Shown in pieces: positions 1-12,033 of a DNA stretch of 40,710 nucleotides. The stretch is from contig NC_068998.1 in NCBI RefSeq assembly GCF_001194135.2, positions 36,945,093 through 36,985,802 of the forward strand. The letters are read 5' to 3'. Source of the DNA: Octopus bimaculoides. Lineage: Eukaryota. Under the pieces are notes generated by a model that ran no database searches, was not told the DNA's origin, and saw only the letters and a list, made by a program, of their open reading frames with translations. The number at the start of each line of letters is the position of its first letter. The first letter of the stretch is position 1. Both the position numbers and the translations under genes were made by a program.

Positions 1-4
1 TGTG

Positions 5-200
5 ATGTGTACATATATACATAAATACATACAAGTTGTGCATCCATGGACATATAGACACATGTATATATGTATGTCTACAATTATGTATATGCATGTA
101 TATAGATGTATATATATATATATAATATATATATGTGTGTGTGTGTGTTTGTATGTGCGTATGTATGTATGTATGTATGTATGTATGTATGTATGTATTC
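5..200. repeat. Compound microsatellite (TA/TG/TATG)
   Basis: Directly visible di- and tetranucleotide repeats; similar tracts recur throughout the window and flank most N-gaps. Confidence 0.95.
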
Positions 201-320
201 GCGCACACAGACACATAATTACCTGTATGCGTAAGAAATGGAAGCATGACTAATGCTATTTTGTCACTAAGAAATTATCATTCTATAATTACGCCCACGT
301 GCGCGCGCACACATCATATA

Positions 321-352
<32 letters not shown>

Positions 353-459
353 AGTGAGTATGTATAGATATACCTTCTGACACAGATATATGAATAAGCA
401 TACATACATAACTATATATTTATATATAATATATATAATGTATAATATATGTATATAAT

Positions 460-670
460 TTATTCTTTTACTTGTTTCGGTCATTTGACTGCGGCCATGC
501 TGAAGCACCACCTTCAGTCGAACGAATCGACCCCAGGACATATTCTTTCTAAGCCTAGGACTTGTTCTATCGTCACTTTTGCCGAACCGCTAGATTACAG
601 GAACGAAAACTCACCAACATCGGTTGTCAAGCGATGGTGGGGTTCAAACAGAGACACACAGAGACACACA
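460..670 (-). mobile_element. SINE family A, 3' half
   Basis: cttgtttcggtcatttgactgcggccatgc...ggttgtcaagcgatggtggggttcaaacagagacacac is the reverse complement of the 3' half of the full copy at 6659-7115. Confidence 0.85.
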
Positions 671-1242
671 AGCTTCCACTCTCTCAATGCATTGTAACTG
701 TAATGTCATTTCTTCAAACTTAGAGTTTGTCACTGTTTCATTAACATTATCTGTCGTTTACGTTCACATTAACATATTTCATTGCTGTTAGTTGTCTCCC
801 TTATGTTTAACTCTCACCATTTTAACAGTAATTTTATTTCAGTTGAAGATTCTTTGTTACATTGTATGTATCAGTAGTGACACTTAACTGCTGCGTTTCA
901 TATTGATGGCGACTCTTTCGTTTACTTACAAATTCTATCAATATTGAGTGACGTTTCTAATTTGAATGCAGAGCACAAAAAAAAAGACTATAATTAAGAA
1001 ATGAATTGTATATTTTCACAAAATATTTAATATTTTCTATATTTCAATATGTATTTTAGGAAGTTAAAAAGGTTAATTTGAATACGCAATTTAAAAAATA
1101 AATTTGCGAAAATCAAACAGGAATTGACATTTTAAAATTAAAGTATAATATGAGCTAAAAAATTTGTTGCCTAATTATGAAGAAACGAATGCGAGAGAAA
1201 TTCTACGCCGAATGCGTCACAGCTACAAAAATATCATCGTCA

Positions 1243-1405
1243 GAGCTACGTAGTAAGAAGTTTACTTCCCAGCTTCCCAAATACATGATTGCAGATTCAG
1301 CCATACTGCATGACACTTTAGTAAGTGTCTTCTGCTATTGCTTCGGGCTACCAAAGCCTAGGATTTAGTAGACGGAAAATGAAAGAAGGCCGTGGTGAAT
1401 ATATA
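1243..1405 (+). mobile_element. SINE family A, 5' half (tRNA-like head)
   Basis: gtagtaagaagtttacttccc...gtaagtgtcttctgctat...ggatttagtagacggaaaatgaaagaagg aligns by eye to 6659-6820 and ends in (TA)n. Confidence 0.75.
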
Positions 1406-1599
1406 TATATATATATATATATAATCGAAACAGATGTCAGGGATTATGTCTATTTTTGTAATTAATAAATATAATTATTAATTGATTATCTCTATTTTCT
1501 ATTTTTTCTTATATTTATACATACATATATATGAAGAGAGAGGGAGTTAGAGAAAGAGAGCAAGAGAGAGAGATACACGACGAATTCTCTCAGTTTTAT

Positions 1600-1979
1600 G
1601 TTTTCCTCTGTGGATCAGTTACAGGACGCCCAGACCCTGAATCAACTTCAAGACTCTCCGTTCCTCTCCTAAATTCAGCTGCCCCCTTTTGCGTCGTCCT
1701 CTAATGTAGCAACCATGTTAGCATTAATGCCCTTTTCGGACTAAACCCTCTTAATTTCTCCAGGTATTTGATAGCACCACGATACCCACTTTTGTCCATT
1801 TTCAAGAGAAATCGGTACTAGGTACTTCTGAACTCTACTGTGAATCCTCAGATGCCAGTTTACCTGGAAAGAAACAATAAAGTTATTGATAAGAAGACTT
1901 GAAATCAATGTATGCAAGATTTTACAGTTGTAGCATCGCTCCTTCATAGTCAGCCTATGAACTTCCCAGCCCTTCCCTA
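1600..1979 (-). mobile_element. Mariner transposon 5' fragment (TIR region plus transposase N-terminus, decayed)
   Basis: Minus strand from ATG at 1799 reads MDKSGYRGAIKYLEK..GINANMVATLEDDA..AEFRRGTESLEVDSGSGRPVT with frameshifts, matching the mariner HTH N-terminus (..AEFxRGRESLEDDxRSGRP). A TA-flanked TIR-like start gggctgggaagttcataggctgac lies near 1979. It is truncated just before a (GA)n tract. Confidence 0.8.
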
Positions 1980-3269
1980 TATCTTAGTGTTCCTTGAAGG
2001 ATCGAGCAAATTGTTCCCCGTACTTAATGTGGCACTTTTTCTGTCAGCGTTTTATGTGAGACCGCCAATTTAGAGAGGAGTGAACTCGTTTCCAAANNNN
2101 NNNNNNNNNNNNNNNNNNNNNNNNNNNNNNNNNNNNNNNNNNNNNNNNNNNNNNNNNNNNNNNNNNNNNNNNNNNNNNNNNNNNNNNNNNNNNNNNNNNN
2201 NNNNNNNNNNNNNNNNNNNNNNNNNNNNNNNNNNNNNNNNNNNNNNNNNNNNNNNNNNNNNNNNNNNNNNNNNNNNNNNNNNNNNNNNNNNNNNNNNNNN
2301 NNNNNNNNNNNNNNNNNNNNNNNNNNNNNNNNNNNNNNNNNNNNNNNNNNNNNNNNNNNNNNNNNNNNNNNNNNNNNNNNNNNNNNNNNNNNNNNNNNNN
2401 NNNNNNNNNNNNNNNNNNNNNNNNNNNNNNNNNNNNNNNNNNNNNNNNNNNNNNNNNNNNNNNNNNNNNNNNNNNNNNNNNNNNNNNNNNNNNNNNNNNN
2501 NNNNNNNNNNNNNNNNNNNNNNNNNNNNNNNNNNNNNNNNNNNNNNNNNNNNNNNNNNNNNNNNNNNNNNNNNNNNNNNNNNNNNNNNNNNNNNNNNNNN
2601 NNNNNNNNNNNNNNNNNNNNNNNNNNNNNNNNNNNNNNNNNNNNNNNNNNNNNNNNNNNNNNNNNNNNNNNNNNNNNNNNNNNNNNNNNNNNNNNNNNNN
2701 NNNNNNNNNNNNNNNNNNNNNNNNNNNNNNNNNNNNNNNNNNNTGTGTATGTGTGTGTGTATGCATGCGTGCTTCTCGTTGTGATCATGAAGTAAAGTAT
2801 TATTTTCATACTCTATAAATTTACTTTCTTCGATTTATGATAGTGGTTTTGTATGGTGAAAAGGTTAGTTTGTAACAACCTGGATCGTCTTTCAATTCAC
2901 TATTGGTTTAGATGTCATCAGCTGCTGACTGAAGAACGAGAAAATAAACATTGGTGGCAATGGCACTCAGAATCTATAAAACAAAACTAAATAATATAAC
3001 AGAAATAGATTGAAGTGGCTAACGCTGTTTCGACCATCACATCGTTATTGATGAAATATGATTCATTAGTTTTCACCCCTGCGAACGAGCTGTCCTTTCT
3101 GTATGTAACTTTTAACATTAAATCTATCATATAATCACTCATGAGATCTTGACAACTATAGAATGATCAGAAATTCAATACTCTAGTGATACTCCATGTT
3201 GATTTGTCGAGCGACTTGAAAGATCCACTACATAATCTTTTATTGTTTTTCCTGTTTGTTATTTCTTTT

Positions 3270-3455
3270 CGATTTTTCACTTGCTTCAGCCATTTGATTG
3301 GAAGGGTTTATTTGACCACTGTACTGCTAGCTTTTAAGTCCCGTACTTATTCTATAGGTTTCTTTTGGGGAACTACTAAGTTACAAGCACGTAAACAAAC
3401 CAACAGCGGGAGCCAAAAGGTGGTGGAGACAAACACGAAGAAACGCACACGGTCA
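3270..3455 (-). mobile_element. SINE family A, 3' half, degraded
   Basis: cttgcttcagccatttga...gtacttattctatagg...ggtggtggagacaaacac resembles 460-670 and is followed by a (CA)n/(TA)n tract. Confidence 0.7.
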
Positions 3456-3458
3456 CGC

Positions 3459-3489
<31 letters not shown>

Positions 3490-3907
3490 TGCATACACAA
3501 ACACACATATACATATACATATACATTCACACATATATACATTCATATACATTCACACTCACACACACATATACATACACAGATATACTTATATATAAAT
3601 GCACATATATATATATTTATGTATATGTATATATNNNNNNNNNNNNNNNNNNNNNNNNNNNNNNNNNNNNNNNNNNNNNNNNNNNNNNNNNNNNNNNNNN
3701 NNNNNNNNNNNNNNNNNNNNNNNNNNNNNNNNNNNNNNNNNNNNNNNNNNNNNNNNNNNNNNNNNNNNNNNNNNNNNNNNNNNNNNNNNNNNNNNNNNNN
3801 NNNNNNNNNNNNNNNNNNNNNNNNNNNNNNNNNNNNNNNNNNNNNNNNNNNNNNNNNNNNNNNNNNNNNNNNNNNNNNNNNNNNNNNNNNNNNNNNNNNT
3901 ATATATA

Positions 3908-4445
3908 CAGGCATACCTCGGATTAAGTCGTACTCGATTGTGCGTCGGTTTTCAAAAATAATATATGGAAAAATAAAAATCAAATTAAGTCAACTTTACG
4001 TCTGTCCGCCACACAAATATTGGAATCGTAAAATCACTAGAAAACCGTTAAAAGTACATAAAATGAATCCGTGAATGTTCTTAAGTGGTTTGATAATGTT
4101 GCCATCAACAAAGAACCGGAAATGGATTTGGAGGAGGAGGATTTCACAGATCTATTTGAAATAAACAAGCAGCCCCTGACGAACGAAGGTTTGATAGAGC
4201 TTCACGAGCAGCAAAATAAAAAAAAGAAAAAGAAAAAAAGACAAGAGGATGTCGGACCTGAGCCACGTCACTTTACCATTAAGAAAATACAGCAAGCATT
4301 TGCATATATCGAAAAACGTCTTTGTATGTTCGACAATATGAATCCAAATGCTCAACGCTTTTCCAAGATAATGGGGGCTTGCCTCGAAATTTTTCTCCCT
4401 ATAATGTAATCCTTGAGGAAAAGACGAAGAAGAGAGTTCAATGAA
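3908..4445 (+). mobile_element. Tigger/pogo DNA transposon, internally deleted
   Basis: TA|CAGGCATACCTCGG at 3906-3921 is a Tigger-type TIR. ORF 4071-4409 (MDLEEEDFTDLFEINKQPLTNEGLIEL..PRHFTIKKIQQAFAYIEKRLCMFDNMNPNAQRF) matches the C-terminal tail of Tigger1-like transposases. No right TIR was found. Confidence 0.75.
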
Positions 4446-4904
4446 TGAAAAGGTACATTGTAAATAAACAACGAGAGGTAATAAAAAAATACGTATACTG
4501 AGTGTACAACTGGATGGGAGACAGACACAGAACGTCCCTAATTCTTCATCGGTTATCAACTGAATGCTAATACTCAGTTTTGCACCATTAATGATAAGCC
4601 TGAGAACCTCCCATGCTGGCGGTGCCCGCAAAACCTGCAGAGAATGAAAGGTCTAGTCTAGGGTAAACAAAACAACACGGGGTGTACATACGAAAGGGAA
4701 AAATTGTAATCTGTAACGATGGACAAAGACAAAATAAATAAGAAACGAGCAAAATACATCCTCAAGGCCAAACAGACGAGAATGGTGGGTAACACTTAGA
4801 AGACATTCTAAAGGATATAGAAAACAACATCTATATATATGTGTGTGTATATATCTATATATATATGTGTATGTATGTATGTATGTATGTATGTATGCAT
4901 GTAT

Positions 4905-5060
4905 ATATGTATGACGAGGTGCCCGACGGTTTCTGTCATAAGACACTGTTGGGCCCGGAATTATAGCAATAGGCACTTGCCCAAGAAGCCACGTTGCAGG
5001 ATTGAACCTGAAACCACGTTACTGCAAAGCGAGTTTCGTAACCTCACAGCCATACCTGTG
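4905..5060 (-). mobile_element. SINE family A, 5' half, degraded
   Basis: gcacttgcccaagaagccacgttgcaggattgaacctgaaaccacg...cacagccatacc is the reverse complement of the family A head. Confidence 0.75.
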
Positions 5061-5524
5061 AAATTGAGCCAAAACAACAGAAGTTAAAAAAGAAAACAAT
5101 AAACATAAGAACAATATTGATTTCTTAAATAATTTGTAAAAACCGATATGTACGATCGTTTTACGTTCATACAATTCCCAATGAGGATTTGAGACGTAAT
5201 TAAAGTAAAATAACATTAGCTGAAGATCGAAGGCGGATCACCGTTTTTGTCCCCAGAGTGCACAGCAATCTTTTCTATAGACATTGCCATTTTAGTCCAA
5301 TATCGGTTTACTCCAATTAGACTAAAATGTCGATATTTGATGTTCTTGAACATTGTTTAGGCCTAGGTCAGTCCTGTTTCAGTAGACCTGTAACCACTAG
5401 AAGATAGTTTTTTTAGTCACGAACTACATTCTTGGAAGATTCGTCTTCTGTTTTAAGATACTGGGGTGTTATTTCATAGGGAATTTTATTGTTTTATGCA
5501 GCAGATCGAGCAACTGTGGGGCCA

Positions 5525-5859
5525 CCCTTATTCTCTCTGTCTTTCTCTCTCTCTCCCTCTCTTTCCCCCCTCTCTCTCTCCCTCTCTCTCTCCCTCCCTC
5601 TCCCCTCTCTCTCCCCTCTCTCTCCGTCTCTCTCTTTCTCTGGCTCTTACGTATTTCAACACTTTTGGAGGATATTTTGGCATAGATATGTGTGTGCGCG
5701 TATGTGTGTGTGCGTGTGTGTGTATGCGCGTGTGTATGTGCGCGAGTGCGCGTGTCTGCGAGTGTGTATGTATATGTGTGTATGTGTGTTTGTGTGTGTG
5801 TGTGTGTGTGTGCGCGTGTATCTATATACATATATACATTTACATATCTATAAATATGC

Positions 5860-5943
<84 letters not shown>
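5525..5943. repeat. (CT)n polypyrimidine tract followed by long (GT)n microsatellites
   Basis: Directly visible. Confidence 0.95.
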
Positions 5944-5947
<4 letters not shown>

Positions 5948-6658
5948 AATATTTTCGAAACGAAACTAATAAATGTCTAACTCACCTCTGAGTTCAAACT
6001 CAGGTTCATGATAGATTTAAACCTCGTATCAAAAATTGTCATCCTCTTGCTAAGTATCAGCCCGTCTCCGTATAACATTCCACATTTGGCGTGCCTTCGT
6101 TTCCAGAGCCCCATTGAAAGAGAAGTAGTCTTTTGTTTTTTTTCGTTTTGTATCTCTTCAAAATCTGTAAGTATTTCTTATGAGTGGGAAGTGAAAGATT
6201 TATGAATATTTTATTTATTTATTATAGAACGGATCTTAATATCCATCTTCAAGCATTATTGACATCTTCTCCCATCAATTTCAACGACGGCAGGGACGCC
6301 AAGTATATAGATTGCATTTCATATAAAATGAATTGTTTTGCGCTTAAATCACGTTGAAGTTTCTTCCAAGTTGACATAACGAAATACAACAATATTTACG
6401 CTCGCTATAATACATGAAATGATCACTCACACAAAAGAAATGGGTCTATTTTCAATAACTAATTTCTAAGAAAACAAAAATAATAATAATTATAAAATAA
6501 AAATAAGAAACAAACTATTTCACGACTATTTCATAGGACCTTATTTGTACGACGCTGATCTCCAGTGAGCTTGATATCATCATTTCAATCGAGACAAAAA
6601 AGTAATCGTATCTCGTGTATTTGGTGATAATCGTTGAGCCGTTTCTAAACTCTCAATA

Positions 6659-7115
6659 CGGCGTGGTTGTGTGCTAAGAAGTTTGCTTCCCAACTACATA
6701 GTTCAAGGTTCAGTCTCACTGTGTCACACTTTGGGCAAGTGTCTTCTAGTATAGTCCTGGGCCGACCAGAGCTTTGTGAGTGGATTTGGAAGTGGGAAAC
6801 TGAAAGAAACCAGTCGTACATATATGTGTGTGTGTGTGTGTGAGTGTGTGGTGTGTGTGTGCGTGCACGCGTGTTTGAGTGTGTGTGTGTGTGTGTGTGT
6901 GTTTCTGTCAGTGTTTGTTCCCCACCACCGTTTGACAACAGGTTTTGCTGTGTTTACATCCCCGTAACGTAGAAGTTCGGCATATGCGACTGGTAGAATA
7001 AGTGAAAGGCTTAAAAGAATAAGTCTAAGTCTTGGGATCGATTTGTAAAGTCCTTCAAGGAGGTTCTCTAACATGGCTGCAGTCTAATAGCTGAAACATG
7101 TTCAAAATAAAAGAT
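6659..7115 (+). mobile_element. SINE family A, full length (tRNA-derived head, central microsatellite, 3' body)
   Basis: A-box-like gtggttgtgtgctaag and B-box-like ggttcagtc in the head; internal (GT)n at 6825-6902; 3' end gctgaaacatgttcaaaataaaag. At least seven partial copies occur elsewhere in the window. Confidence 0.88.
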
Positions 7116-7443
7116 ACTTGTTTAGTTAATAACCATGCTTTGTTCAAGTTAATTAGGATATGAAGTCTCGAAATAAGTAATGAATCTGATTCGAATAAGT
7201 TGATTTGAGGATGAAGCTGCCACTCTACCGTCCTCTATTTTGTGTCACGTAGTAACTACATTTTAGAGAGTAACTCATTTCCTATTTAGCCTAGAAAACC
7301 TATTTTCGACGAACTCAATACTTTCAAATTCGTGGTGGCCTGTAAACAAAACAAAAACAAATACGCTCTATATACAAATTTGATTACTTTAAATTGCGGA
7401 TTGTCTCTTTACCTTTCTTTTTACTAAAAGTTATCATTTAGAT

Positions 7444-7733
7444 CAGTGCTACTAAAAGTGATGGTCCGCGAACCGGTGCCGGTCCACGAGCCATCAGCTG
7501 CCGGTACGCAACGAGTTTCCAGAAAAGAAAGAAACGTTATAAAATGCTTATGCAATATTGTATTATTTGTTTACAAAATAAATATTCGATAAGAAAAATT
7601 GTCAACTTTTATTATATCCATTATATATAATGTTTCCGGTATAGATTAATATTACTAAGAAATATTACCGGTCCCTGGACATTGGGAAAAAAAACCTACC
7701 GGTACGTCACATGAGGTGGTTTGAGAAGCACTG
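7444..7733. mobile_element. hAT (Charlie-like) MITE
   Basis: TIRs CAGTGCTACTAAA / TTTGAGAAGCACTG, flanked by a perfect 8-bp TSD ATTTAGAT at 7436-7443 and 7734-7741; repeated CCGGT subterminal motifs. Confidence 0.9.
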
Positions 7734-7924
7734 ATTTAGATGTCTTTTTTCTTATCAATAATGTAACGACAATGCTAGTATTAGTAACAACTATGTTAGC
7801 TTTACTAATATATTTACATTATATTACTTCATAACATACATTTCCGTTATAACATATATTCCCCTTAAAATATTATATTAATTGCAAATTATATCGACAT
7901 CTGTACTCAAATTGTATTTATTTT

Positions 7925-8050
7925 ATTAATCCCGATGGCTGAAAAACAAAGTCGACCTCGGGAGAAATTGAACTTAGAAGTAAGGATGGACGAAGAAATG
8001 CTGTAAAGCATTTTGCCTGATGCGGTAACGATTCTGCCATTTGACCACTG
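7925..8050 (-). mobile_element. SINE family B, degraded
   Basis: aaagtcgacctcgggagaaattgaacttagaa...gtaacgattctgcca resembles the family B head and body. Confidence 0.7.
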
Positions 8051-8061
8051 TGTCTTACAAT

Positions 8062-8462
8062 ACTCTTTTCTACTCTAGGCACAAAGCCCGACATTTTGGC
8101 GGAGGGTACCTGTTGATTAGATCGACCCCAGTACGCAACTGGTACCTAATTTATCGACCCCGGAAGGGTGAAAGACAAAATCGACCTCGGCGGAATTTGA
8201 ACTCAGAACATAAAAACAGACGAAATACCTATTTCGTTATTGCCCACAAGGGGCTAAACATAGAGGGAACAAACAAGAACAGACGAACGGATTAAGTCGA
8301 TTACATTGACCCCAGTGCGTAACTGGTACTTAATTTATCGACCCCGAAAGGATGAAAGGCAAAATCGACCTCGGCGGAATTTGAACTCAGAACGTAACGG
8401 CAGACGTAATACCGCTGTGCACTTCGCCCGGCGTGCTAACGTTTCTACCAGCTCACCGCCTT
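8062..8462 (-). mobile_element. SINE family B, dimeric (central domain duplicated)
   Basis: Two copies of gaccccagt..aactggtac..atttatcgacccc..gaaag.caaaatcgacctcggcggaatttgaactcagaac. The head reads ggcggtgagctggtagaaacgttagc (A-box-like) with B-box gagttcaaattcc on the minus strand. Confidence 0.9.
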
Positions 8463-9041
8463 CTTGTCTTAAATCATATTAATGCTTTACTATTATATAT
8501 ACGTACATCTTTCGCCCCTGGGTACTTTTCAGCCGTCAGTCTAATGCCATAAGGTATTTTCTGTCAGTTGAGTTCTAGATATCATAACTACCAACTCGAT
8601 CTATTGTCATATAAAGCGGCATACCTGCTACTGAAGTATGTTTATCCTCATCAGATCGTTTGTTAACACGAGTTAATCTTATATCAGTGATGTTCGTCAA
8701 CTGAAAGAGAGATGTAATGTTTTATTAATGTTCCTACAAATTCTATTCTGAAACTGAGACGTTACGTCTTTGGATTTCAAGATTCTTAAATTATTGACTG
8801 CTGCCGAGTACACACGCACGCATATATACACACAACACACACGCGCGCACACACGCATACACTAACGCAGACATGCTCACAAAACATATGCATACATATA
8901 TTTACATACATCACATACATATTATACATACATACATACATACACACACATATATGTATATGTATGTATATGTATATGCATACACATATGTGCGTATACG
9001 TATATATACACATATACAGATATGTGTGTATGTATATATAT

Positions 9042-9497
9042 CGAGTTGGATGGCGAACAAGGGTGTGGAGTGGAGTGAAAGCATTTGAAGAGGCCAGGAT
9101 GATGCAAGCAGGGCTCAAGAGACATTTAAGGAAAAAGGTGAAGACTGAGAAGATGAATGACAAGGACCTTTTTGTGTGCACAGTCTGTGACAGACCATGT
9201 CTGTCCTTGGCTGGCCTCAAATCTCANNNNNNNNNNTCTTATTATATGTCTGTGCACACGTTTGAATGTGGTGTGTGCCAGAGGGTTTGCAAATCCAATG
9301 GGGGTCTTAAAAGACATGTTAGGATCCATAATGAGCAGAACTTACTTGCAGGTATTGGTAGTGCAAATCAGAGGTGCAATCTGTGTGGGTGTTTTTTCAA
9401 AACACTGTCTGGTTTAAAAAGCCACATCAGACGCCATGAAAGGGCTAAGGTGTAGGTGCAGGAGGTGGTCAAACTCTGTTTAAGGAGTAGACAACCA

Positions 9498-9500
<3 letters not shown>
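9042..9500 (+). mobile_element. RTE LINE 3' end (5'-truncated) encoding three C2H2 zinc fingers
   Basis: WRTRVWSGVKAFEEARMMQAGLKRHLRK is the RTE post-RT motif (WR..V..G...FE..R......KR..RK). It is followed by CTVCDRPCLSLAGLKS(gap), CGVCQRVCKSNGGLKRHVRIH and CNLCGCFFKTLSGLKSHIRRH, a stop at 9455, a short 3'UTR and a (TA)n tail. Confidence 0.85.
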
Positions 9501-9540
<40 letters not shown>

Positions 9541-10868
9541 TTTATAGATATATATGTATGCCTGTGTGTGTGCGTGTGAGTGACCGTGTACGTACGTATG
9601 TATGTTTGTATGTGTGCGAGTGATTATTGCTATTGATTCAGAAGAAAGAAAATTGCGTGTCGTGACGAATATATCTCTTCCAGCCGCACAACTGAAACAT
9701 TTAATCCAATACTTTGATGTCACAGCTTCACACAATCTGTATGATAATGCTTGCTTACTTCAAAAGATTATTTTTCAAATACGGACTGGTTAAAAAGTGG
9801 TTCCTAATTTATCATCCTTTAACGATTTTATAAAAGTTTTCTCTTCAGATCAACGCAAATGAAATTTCCGACTGACGGAGTCGATAAAATGGTAGATTAC
9901 CGCCAGAAATCTCTTCGATTTGTTTACTGTCATCAATATTGCATTTGCGTTCGAGCAAGAAATCTAACTCAGGTCAATCCACTCTATAAGCTGAGAGTAA
10001 ATAATATATGATTGATAGTTACTTTCACCACTTTAAGCAATTGTAGCATTGTAAAACTACATTTTGTATTTTTCCAGAGCCTCGTTATATTTTTCGAGTG
10101 GGTATAGTTGAAAGGCGGAGATAGACTCCACCGTGCTGTGTTGATCCAGGAATTCCACATAAAAAACGAATTTTTCGAATGTGAACCTATAACAGCCATT
10201 AACTTTTAAGACAGCACCGCTTCTCATTACATCTGAATCAATGAAGAAGTTGCTTTAATTCAAGTAGAGTTGCGTAAGATTTGATCCTTTATGAATTTAT
10301 ACCTTTGTTGCAAGATCTATATGTAGACCCAATATCACTGTATCTCTGTATCGACCAGAAGTTGTTATGCAATTCCTCGCACTGTTAAAGCTTTCGACTT
10401 ATTGAATATATCAATCACCATTTTCCATTGTACACCATTACATTTTAGGTTGGAGGAAATTTGGGTGTTATTTCCAGCAAATCACATGCTCCAGCAGAGC
10501 CCTATCTTCGTTGGTTCAACGTAAACTCTGATGCTCATGCATTGTAGATCAGTCGTAGTCTTAAAGCTATGGCGCAAGACGTTTAAACATGCACGAACTA
10601 TATTTGCAATCTAGGCGTAAATGGGATTTGTAAGAGATTTGGCTGCTATTTCCAACAGTATGAGATAGGATTGAATTTTCGTGCCTGATCATCTACCCTT
10701 CACATGTCTAATGATAAGAAAATTTGTTTTTAAGAAGTGTGTTTGTTATGGCTGCAATAGGCCTGTTTTTTATGATCTGGAAACATTTCGATTTCAGATG
10801 CAGAATTCTATAAACACTAAAACATCCGATTATGTTGTGCATTTATTAATTTTGAATATATATATAGT

Positions 10869-11070
10869 AAGGCGGCTAGCTGGCAAAATCGTTAGCATGC
10901 TGGACAAAATGTTTAGCGACATTTCACACGTCTGTCTTTACTTTCTGAGTATAAATTTCTCCGAAGTCGACTTTAGCTTTCGTCATTTCAGAGTCGATAA
11001 AATAAGTACCAGTTAAACACTGGTGTCGATGTAATCAACTATTCCCCCAGCCCAACAGTGGAAATGATTA
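10869..11070 (+). mobile_element. SINE family B
   Basis: aaggcggctagctggcaaaatcgttagc...gaagtcgactttagctttc..gtcgataaaataagtaccagtt. Confidence 0.85.
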
Positions 11071-11295
11071 TTAAATTAGAATGGTATTTTTTCTCTCCTC
11101 ATACTTGATGATTATGGTATATTGTAGTAAAATATGTGTGTACCACCTCGTTTTACTGATGGTACACACACACACATACACACATACACACACACATACA
11201 CACATACAGACACACATACACACATACACACATACACACACACACACACATATATATGCATTGACACATACATACATATATACATACATACATAT

Positions 11296-11326
<31 letters not shown>

Positions 11327-11961
11327 CATACATACATACATGCAAAAGCTTACAAATATAATCTGTAAGCGGAAAAGTAAAATTATCCAAAACTTTTCTA
11401 AGATTTAAAATGTAACATTGATTCAGTTACCTACATTCCAACGGCAGAGCTTTGTATATTTGTTAGAAACCAGTTCCTTCTTCACAGGAAGAATTTAAAT
11501 AATTAAAAGCAAACAATATATATATATATATATANNNNNNNNNNNNNNNNNNNNNNNNNNNNNNNNNNNNNNNNNNNNNNNNNNNNNNNNNNNNNNNNNN
11601 NNNNNNNNNNNNNNNNNNNNNNNNNNNNNNNNNNNNNNNNNNNNNNNNNNNNNNNNNNNNNNNNNNNNNNNNNNNNNNNNGCATGCATATACAAGGATGT
11701 TGCTTAGGCTTACCGATACTAATAAACTGTTTTTAGAACCCAAAATACCTATGCTTCAGAATAAATCGTTAGTTGAGTGCAGAGTGTAATACGAAAATAA
11801 ATGATTGACAATGGAAGAAATTAATTAATCAACTTCATTAGCTTACAGTTCTTTCTGTTATAAAAAGCAGTGTATTTAGAGCATCTTCTTGGATCCTTTT
11901 TAGATATATAAATATATATAAACAAATTACACCCAGCCTTACAAAGCGGAAAAAAATTGTC

Positions 11962-12033
11962 AACAGCCATGGGACGCGAACCAACATCCTTTGAAGATTG
12001 CAGGCAACTGCGTTAACATTATGCTAAACTGTC
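11962..12033 (-). pseudogene. Degenerate tRNA-like sequence (tRNA pseudogene or isolated SINE head)
   Basis: Minus strand GACAGTT-TAGCATAATGTTAACGC-A-GTTGCCTGCAATCTTCA-AAGGAT-GTTGGTTCGCGTCCCAT-GGCTGTT has a plausible acceptor stem and A/B boxes, but the anticodon stem does not pair. Confidence 0.4.

Noticed and set aside
1177-1368. 63-aa ORF with an apparent GTAAGT donor at 1321
   Set aside because: Most of it, including the donor, lies inside a family A SINE head.
2880-2925. CTGATGA...GAAA on the minus strand
   Set aside because: No paired stem II or valid cleavage site, so not a hammerhead ribozyme.
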